Positions 27,085 to 32,000 of a DNA stretch of 32,000 nt are shown here, in pieces. The notes beneath the pieces were generated by a model, which was not told where the DNA came from, did no database searches, and saw nothing but the letters and a program-made list of their open reading frames with translations. The position numbers were made by a program, and so were the translations under genes. Positions within the stretch are counted from its first letter, which is position 1. Each line of letters begins with the position of its first letter. Source of the DNA: Synechocystis sp. PCC 6803 substr. PCC-P (GTDB lineage Bacteria > Cyanobacteriota > Cyanobacteriia > Cyanobacteriales > Microcystaceae); assembly GCF_000284455.1 (NCBI RefSeq), contig NC_017039.1:540001-572000 (forward strand). Direction: 5' to 3'.

Positions 27085-29007
27085 CTAACTAACTCCAGGA
27101 GCGACAACTGATTCAGTTTCAGTTTTGAACAGTGAAGCCATAATATTCTGCGCCATCTGGGCTGGGGTTAAACCAAGGTCAACGGTGGATTGTTCCGGAG
27201 TGGCATGGTCCACAAGTATGTCGGGCACCCCTAAACGTTTCAAGGGCACCAACACGTTGTTATCCATCAGGGCCTCCGCCACTGCTGAGCCAAAGCCCCC
27301 CATGAGGCAACCTTCTTCCATGGTCACCACTTTGCCGATGCGCTCGGCCAAGGGCAAAATTAATTCCGTATCTAGTGGTTTAACAAAGCGGGCATTAACC
27401 ACCGTTGCTTCGATGCCGTGTTCGTGGAGTAATTCCGCTGTTTGCAGAGCGGGATAGACCATGGAGCCGTAGCCCAACAGAAGCACATCATCCCCCGACC
27501 GGAGAATTTCAGCTTTACCAATTTCCAGCGGTTCCCAACCTTCCTCCATCAGGGGCACCCCGATGCCATTACCCCGGGGATAACGCATGGCGATCGCCCC
27601 ACCGGTGTAGTTAACCCCAGTAACCAGCATTTGTTGTAACTCTGCTTCATCCTTGGGAGCCATCAGCACCAGATTGGGAATGCAACGGAGATAGGCAATG
27701 TCATACATCCCTTGGTGGGTGGGCCCATCCGCCCCCACAATGCCCGCCCGGTCTAGGCAGAAAAATACGGGTAATTTTTGAATACAAACGTCATGGATAA
27801 TCTGGTCGTAACCCCGTTGCAAAAAGGTGGAATAGATGGCCACCACTGGACGAATGCCCTCGCAGGCCATGCCCGCCGCCAAAGTAACTGCGTGTTGTTC
27901 CGCAATGCCCACGTCCACATACTGCTTGGGTAGCTTGGCCTGGAGTTTATCTAGCCCTGTCCCCGTCGCCATAGCAGCCGTGATACCGACAATGTTGGGA
28001 TTTTCCTTGGCCAGGGTAGTCAACGTATGGGCAAAAACCTTGGAATAGCTGGGGGGTTTCGGCTTACTAGAAGGATAGGCCTTACCGGTGGAAAGGTTGA
28101 AAGGACTTTGGGCGTGGTAGCCTACTTGATCCTTTTCGGCTAAGTCATAACCCTTGCCCTTGGTGGTGGAAACATGGACAAACACCGGACCAGGCACTTT
28201 TTCCGCTTGTTTAAAGGTATCGATTAATTCCTGTAAACTATGACCGTCAATGGGACCAAAATATTTAAATCCTAGTTCTTCAATCACCGCTCCCACTTTG
28301 GGGACAACAAGACGTTTCATTCCCTCCTTGACCCTTTCCATCTCCGGGGTGAGGGAATCCCCCACAAAGGGCAAGTGTTTGATCTGTTCCTCCAGATTGT
28401 CCGTCAAAAACTGCATCGGACTGCTGAGGCGGACTTTATTTAAATAACGGGAAATGGCTCCCACGTTGGGGGAAATGGACATCTCATTGTCATTGAGAAT
28501 CACCATTAGTCTGGTATGGGGCAAATGCCCGGCATGGTTGATTGCCTCCAAGGCCATGCCCCCGGTTAAAGCACCATCGCCAATGATGGAAACTACTTTA
28601 AAATCTTCCCCCTTGGCATCTCGAGCTAAAGCCATGCCCAAACCAGCGGAAATACTTGTGGAAGCGTGCCCAGCACCAAAATGGTCAAAACGACTTTCAG
28701 AGCGTTTGAGGTAACCAGCCACCCCATCTTTTTGCCGCAGGGTATGGAAATCATGGTAACGTCCCGTCAACATTTTGTGGGGATAGGCTTGGTGTCCCAC
28801 ATCCCAAATCACCCGGTCTTTGTCTAAATCAAGAGTGGAATATAGGGCCACCGTCAGTTCCACCACTCCCAACCCAGGCCCCAGATGACCGCCGCTGGTG
28901 GCCACAGTTTGGAGATGTTTTTCTCGGATTTGCCGGGAAACTTCCTCCAGCTCACGGATAGATAAACCCTTTAACTCATTGGGGTGGGTCAGTTCGCTGA
29001 TGTGCAT
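27085..29007 (-). CDS. dxs: 1-deoxy-D-xylulose-5-phosphate synthase
   Basis: 640-aa ORF with DXS motifs ([13 protein letters not shown], the TPP-binding [13 protein letters not shown], and GPTHQG). Confidence 0.95.
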   Translation of the reverse strand: MHISELTHPNELKGLSIRELEEVSRQIREKHLQTVATSGGHLGPGLGVVELTVALYSTLDLDKDRVIWDVGHQAYPHKMLTGRYHDFHTLRQKDGVAGYLKRSESRFDHFGAGHASTSISAGLGMALARDAKGEDFKVVSIIGDGALTGGMALEAINHAGHLPHTRLMVILNDNEMSISPNVGAISRYLNKVRLSSPMQFLTDNLEEQIKHLPFVGDSLTPEMERVKEGMKRLVVPKVGAVIEELGFKYFGPIDGHSLQELIDTFKQAEKVPGPVFVHVSTTKGKGYDLAEKDQVGYHAQSPFNLSTGKAYPSSKPKPPSYSKVFAHTLTTLAKENPNIVGITAAMATGTGLDKLQAKLPKQYVDVGIAEQHAVTLAAGMACEGIRPVVAIYSTFLQRGYDQIIHDVCIQKLPVFFCLDRAGIVGADGPTHQGMYDIAYLRCIPNLVLMAPKDEAELQQMLVTGVNYTGGAIAMRYPRGNGIGVPLMEEGWEPLEIGKAEILRSGDDVLLLGYGSMVYPALQTAELLHEHGIEATVVNARFVKPLDTELILPLAERIGKVVTMEEGCLMGGFGSAVAEALMDNNVLVPLKRLGVPDILVDHATPEQSTVDLGLTPAQMAQNIMASLFKTETESVVAPGVS

Positions 29008-29242
29008 GGTGGATTGGGACTAACGATGGCTAAATTATGGAACTTTTTTCAGACTTCTCACACTTTAACCCATTGGGTGAAGGGAAGTTAGGTTGGAAAA
29101 CCCCAGTCACAGTCTGGACAAAACATTCGGTGAACCAATGATGAATCCCCATTGAGAAGGCTGGGGAAAAGGGTAGCGAAGATGTCATAATTTTTAACAA
29201 AGATTACTAAAGATTTACCCCCAGTTCTCTGCTGTAGTAGCC

Positions 29243-29590
29243 ATGAGTGAGCGTCCCCCTGAAAAGACCCTGGCGGAGTTGGCATCCCCAAACCATGAAT
29301 GCCGGGCCTGCGGTTATGTTTACATTCCCAGCCAAGGGGATCAAAAGACTAGTGTTTCCCCCGGCACTCCCTTTGAGGCCCTACCCCTTAATTGGAAATG
29401 TCCGGTGTGTGGCGCCCCCCGCAACTACTTCATCAGCACCGGGGAGACCGATGCTCCCTCTGGTTTTGCCGAGAACCTTAACTACGGTTTTGGTTTTAAC
29501 CGTATGAGTGGTGGTAAAAAGAATTTACTAATTTTCGGTAGTCTTTTCGTCATTTTCCTATTTTTCCTGAGCCTTTACGGCATGGGATAA
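29243..29590 (+). CDS. rubA: Membrane-anchored rubredoxin RubA
   Basis: 115-aa ORF with two CxxC pairs (CRACG, CPVCG) and a C-terminal TM helix. It occupies the conserved position upstream of ycf48-psbEFLJ. Confidence 0.9.
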   Translation: MSERPPEKTLAELASPNHECRACGYVYIPSQGDQKTSVSPGTPFEALPLNWKCPVCGAPRNYFISTGETDAPSGFAENLNYGFGFNRMSGGKKNLLIFGSLFVIFLFFLSLYGMG

Positions 29591-29645
29591 GGCTTCAATT
29601 TTCCCTCTGAGCCCTTGCTGTACTCGTTGATTATTCCTGTTCACA

Positions 29646-30674
29646 ATGCCTGTTAAATTCCCCAGTTTGAAGTTTGAGCAACTAAAGCAACTTGTCCTAG
29701 TGGCGGCGATCGCCGTTTTCTGTGTGAGCTGCAGCCATGTGCCGGATTTGGCCTTCAATCCATGGCAAGAAATTGCTTTAGAAACAGATTCTACCTTTGC
29801 GGATATTGCCTTCACGGAAGATCCGAACCATGGTTGGCTGGTGGGTACCAAGGAGACTATTTTTGAAACCACCGATGGCGGTGACACCTGGGAGCAGAAG
29901 CTGATTGACCTAGGGGAAGAAAAGGCTAGTTTTTCCGCCGTTAGTTTCTCTGGCAACGAGGGATGGATCACAGGTAAACCTTCCATTTTGCTCCACACCA
30001 CCGATGGGGGCCAAACCTGGGCCCGCATTCCCTTGAGTGAGAAACTGCCCGGTGCTCCCTACAGTATTATTGCCCTGGGACCCCAGACGGCGGAGATGAT
30101 TACGGATTTGGGCGCTATTTACAAAACCACCAATGGGGGCAAAAACTGGAAAGCTTTGGTGGAGGGGGCCGTAGGAGTAGCCCGCACCATTCAACGATCA
30201 ACCGATGGCCGTTATGTGGCGGTGTCAGCCCGGGGTAATTTTTATTCCACCTGGGCACCGGGACAAACGGAATGGACTCCCCATAACCGCAATTCTTCCC
30301 GACGCTTACAGACCATGGGCTATGGCAAGGACGGTCAACTATGGCTGTTGGCCCGGGGGGGACAACTCCAGTTCAGCACCGATCCCGATGCAGAGGAATG
30401 GAGCGATGTGATTGCTCCCCAGGATAAAGGTAGTTGGGGTCTGCTCGATCTGTCTTTCCGTACCCCTGAAGAAGTATGGGTAGCGGGGGCCAGCGGTAAC
30501 CTCTTGATGAGTCAAGACGGGGGGCAAACCTGGGCCAAGGACACTGGGGTAGAAGATATTCCAGCCAATCTTTATCGGGTGGTGTTCCTCAGTCCGGAAA
30601 AAGGATTTGTGTTGGGGCAGGATGGGATTTTGCTCAAATATAACCCCAGCACCGAGGTGGCAATGGTTCCCTAG
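29646..30674 (+). CDS. ycf48: Photosystem II assembly factor Ycf48 (HCF136 homologue)
   Basis: 342-aa ORF with a lipoprotein-type signal (VSCS). Beta-propeller motifs repeat through the protein (TTDGGDTW, TTDGGQTW, TTNGGKNW, SQDGGQTW). Confidence 0.9.
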   Translation: MPVKFPSLKFEQLKQLVLVAAIAVFCVSCSHVPDLAFNPWQEIALETDSTFADIAFTEDPNHGWLVGTKETIFETTDGGDTWEQKLIDLGEEKASFSAVSFSGNEGWITGKPSILLHTTDGGQTWARIPLSEKLPGAPYSIIALGPQTAEMITDLGAIYKTTNGGKNWKALVEGAVGVARTIQRSTDGRYVAVSARGNFYSTWAPGQTEWTPHNRNSSRRLQTMGYGKDGQLWLLARGGQLQFSTDPDAEEWSDVIAPQDKGSWGLLDLSFRTPEEVWVAGASGNLLMSQDGGQTWAKDTGVEDIPANLYRVVFLSPEKGFVLGQDGILLKYNPSTEVAMVP

Positions 30675-30759
30675 GCGGCTCACAAAATAGTAGACTAGAC
30701 TCTACTTGCTTTGCATTTGTCAGTCAATGTTGTTTTGAAAAATTGAAGGAGAACACAAA

Positions 30760-31005
30760 ATGTCAGGGACTACCGGCGAGCGTCCATTTTCCGATATTGT
30801 CACCAGCATTCGCTACTGGGTGATCCACAGCATCACCATCCCGATGTTGTTTATTGCTGGTTGGTTGTTTGTCAGCACGGGCTTAGCCTACGATGCTTTT
30901 GGCACTCCCCGCCCCGATGAATATTTCACCCAGACCCGTCAAGAGTTGCCCATTCTCCAGGAACGCTACGACATTAATCAGGAAATTCAAGAGTTTAATC
31001 AATAA
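30760..31005 (+). CDS. psbE: Cytochrome b559 alpha subunit
   Basis: 81-aa ORF with the heme-ligand region [15 protein letters not shown]. Confidence 0.95.
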
Positions 31006-31041
31006 AACATTTAATTGTTCTTTTTTAGTTGGTAATTAACA

Positions 31042-31176
31042 ATGGCAACCCAAAATCCTAATCAACCGGTTACTTATCCCATTTTTACGGTGCGCTGGCT
31101 GGCGGTTCACACCCTGGCGGTGCCCTCTGTCTTCTTTGTCGGGGCGATCGCCGCGATGCAATTTATTCAACGCTAG
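31042..31176 (+). CDS. psbF: Cytochrome b559 beta subunit
   Basis: Hand translation gives [44 protein letters not shown] (44 aa). Not in the ORF track because it is too short. Confidence 0.95.
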
Positions 31177-31185
31177 GAGTTTTTC

Positions 31186-31305
31186 ATGGACAGAAATTCA
31201 AACCCAAACCGCCAACCGGTGGAATTGAACCGCACTTCTTTATACCTGGGTCTATTGTTGGTGGCTGTGTTGGGGATTTTGTTCTCCAGCTATTTCTTTA
31301 ACTAA
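31186..31305 (+). CDS. psbL: Photosystem II protein L
   Basis: Hand translation gives [39 protein letters not shown] (39 aa). Confidence 0.95.
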
Positions 31306-31337
31306 ACTTTTTTAATACGCAATTTAGGAGGCATGGT

Positions 31338-31457
31338 ATGTTCGCAGAAGGCAGAATCCCTTTGTGGGTGGTGGGTGTAGTGGCCGGTATTGGCGCCATT
31401 GGTGTTCTAGGGTTATTTTTCTACGGAGCCTATGCTGGTTTAGGTTCTTCCATGTAA
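31338..31457 (+). CDS. psbJ: Photosystem II protein J
   Basis: Hand translation gives [39 protein letters not shown] (39 aa). AGGAGG lies upstream. Confidence 0.9.
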
Positions 31458-31494
31458 TCGAGGGCTAGCCGCCACACAATATCATGGTTTTAAG

Positions 31495-31516
31495 GTGGGC
31501 TTGGCCCACTTTTTTT
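31495..31516 (+). terminator. Rho-independent terminator of the psbEFLJ operon
   Basis: Stem GTGGGC (31495-31500) pairing with GCCCAC (31504-31509), loop TTG, followed by a T7 run (31510-31516). Confidence 0.7.
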
Positions 31517-31541
31517 ATGGCAATTTTTCCTCCCAAAATAG

Positions 31542-32000
31542 ATGACAATGGCAATGCAACCCCAAACTTTGGTGATTAAAATTGGTACTTCTAGCCTAGC
31601 TCGTCCGGAAACGGGTCAGTTGGCCCTCTCCACCATTGCCGCTTTGGTGGAAACTGTATGCAAGTTGATCGGCCAAGGCCATCGGGTGGTGCTAGTCTCC
31701 TCTGGAGCCATAGGAGTAGGTTGTAGTCGTTTGGGCCTGACAGAAAGGCCAAAAAAAATGGCCTTAAAGCAGGCGATCGCCGCTGTGGGCCAGGGCAGAT
31801 TAATGCGGACCTATGACGACCTTTTTAGTAGCCTCCGGCAACCCATTGCCCAAATTTTGCTCACCAGACGGGAATTAATTGAGCGTACCGCCTATGTCAA
31901 CGCCTACAACACGTTCCAAGCTCTGTTTGAGTTGGGGGTGATTGCCATTGTCAATGAAAACGACACGGTGGCGATCGATGAACTAAAATTTGGCGACAAT
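31542..32000 (+). CDS. proB: Glutamate 5-kinase (5' part; continues beyond the window end)
   Basis: Open frame from the ATG at 31542 to the window end. It reads [37 protein letters not shown]...[17 protein letters not shown], a typical ProB N-terminus. Confidence 0.85.
   Translation, partial: MTMAMQPQTLVIKIGTSSLARPETGQLALSTIAALVETVCKLIGQGHRVVLVSSGAIGVGCSRLGLTERPKKMALKQAIAAVGQGRLMRTYDDLFSSLRQPIAQILLTRRELIERTAYVNAYNTFQALFELGVIAIVNENDTVAIDELKFGDN

Noticed and set aside
1-32000. CRISPR arrays, tRNA/rRNA genes, transposases or integrases
   Set aside because: I saw no regularly spaced 25-40-bp repeats; the frequent GCGATCGC is HIP1, not a CRISPR repeat. I saw no tRNA-like T-arm motifs (GGTTCGAAT-type). 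No ORF has transposase or integrase motifs. A covariance-model scan (tRNAscan-SE, Rfam) would be needed to exclude small RNAs.

Overview
The window reads as a chromosomal segment of a unicellular cyanobacterium. By recollection of the protein sequences and gene order it is Synechocystis sp. PCC 6803 or a very close relative; I ran no search.

Evidence for the organism call:
- The HIP1 octamer GCGATCGC occurs about once per kb. My manual scan found roughly 30 copies.
- Photosystem II genes are present: psbQ, psbK and the conserved rubA-ycf48-psbEFLJ cluster.
- Urease genes are scattered, with ureD and ureC about 12 kb apart.

Most of the window is ordinary core metabolism and housekeeping. Recognisable genes are gad, thyX, a plsC-like acyltransferase, a bolA plus CGFS-glutaredoxin pair, ybaB, hisD, a merA-like flavoprotein, dxs, proB, a GT39 glycosyltransferase, an SPFH protein and a CocE/NonD hydrolase. 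Four small PSII genes are missing from the ORF track and were found by hand translation: psbK, psbF, psbL and psbJ.

Things worth a second look:
1. A low-GC two-gene islet at about 2170-3560. A free-standing HTH protein is divergent from an orphan single-domain TerD protein, and the shared intergenic region carries 24-bp direct repeats. This is my best candidate for an undescribed module.
2. psbK as written carries a 1-nt insertion after codon 15. It is therefore frameshifted, either as a pseudogene or through a sequence error.
3. A DUF433/DUF5615 (PIN-like) toxin-antitoxin-type pair sits between gad and a nitrilase-superfamily gene.
4. That nitrilase-superfamily gene is coupled to ureD through an ATGA overlap.
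5. A second AT-rich islet holds a pentapeptide-repeat gene and a tiny membrane-protein ORF.
6. A long AT-rich region with a palindromic G/C-run element lies upstream of the merA-like gene.

I saw no tRNA, rRNA, CRISPR array, transposase or integrase. All family assignments rest on motifs I read and on memory, and need HMM or BLAST confirmation.
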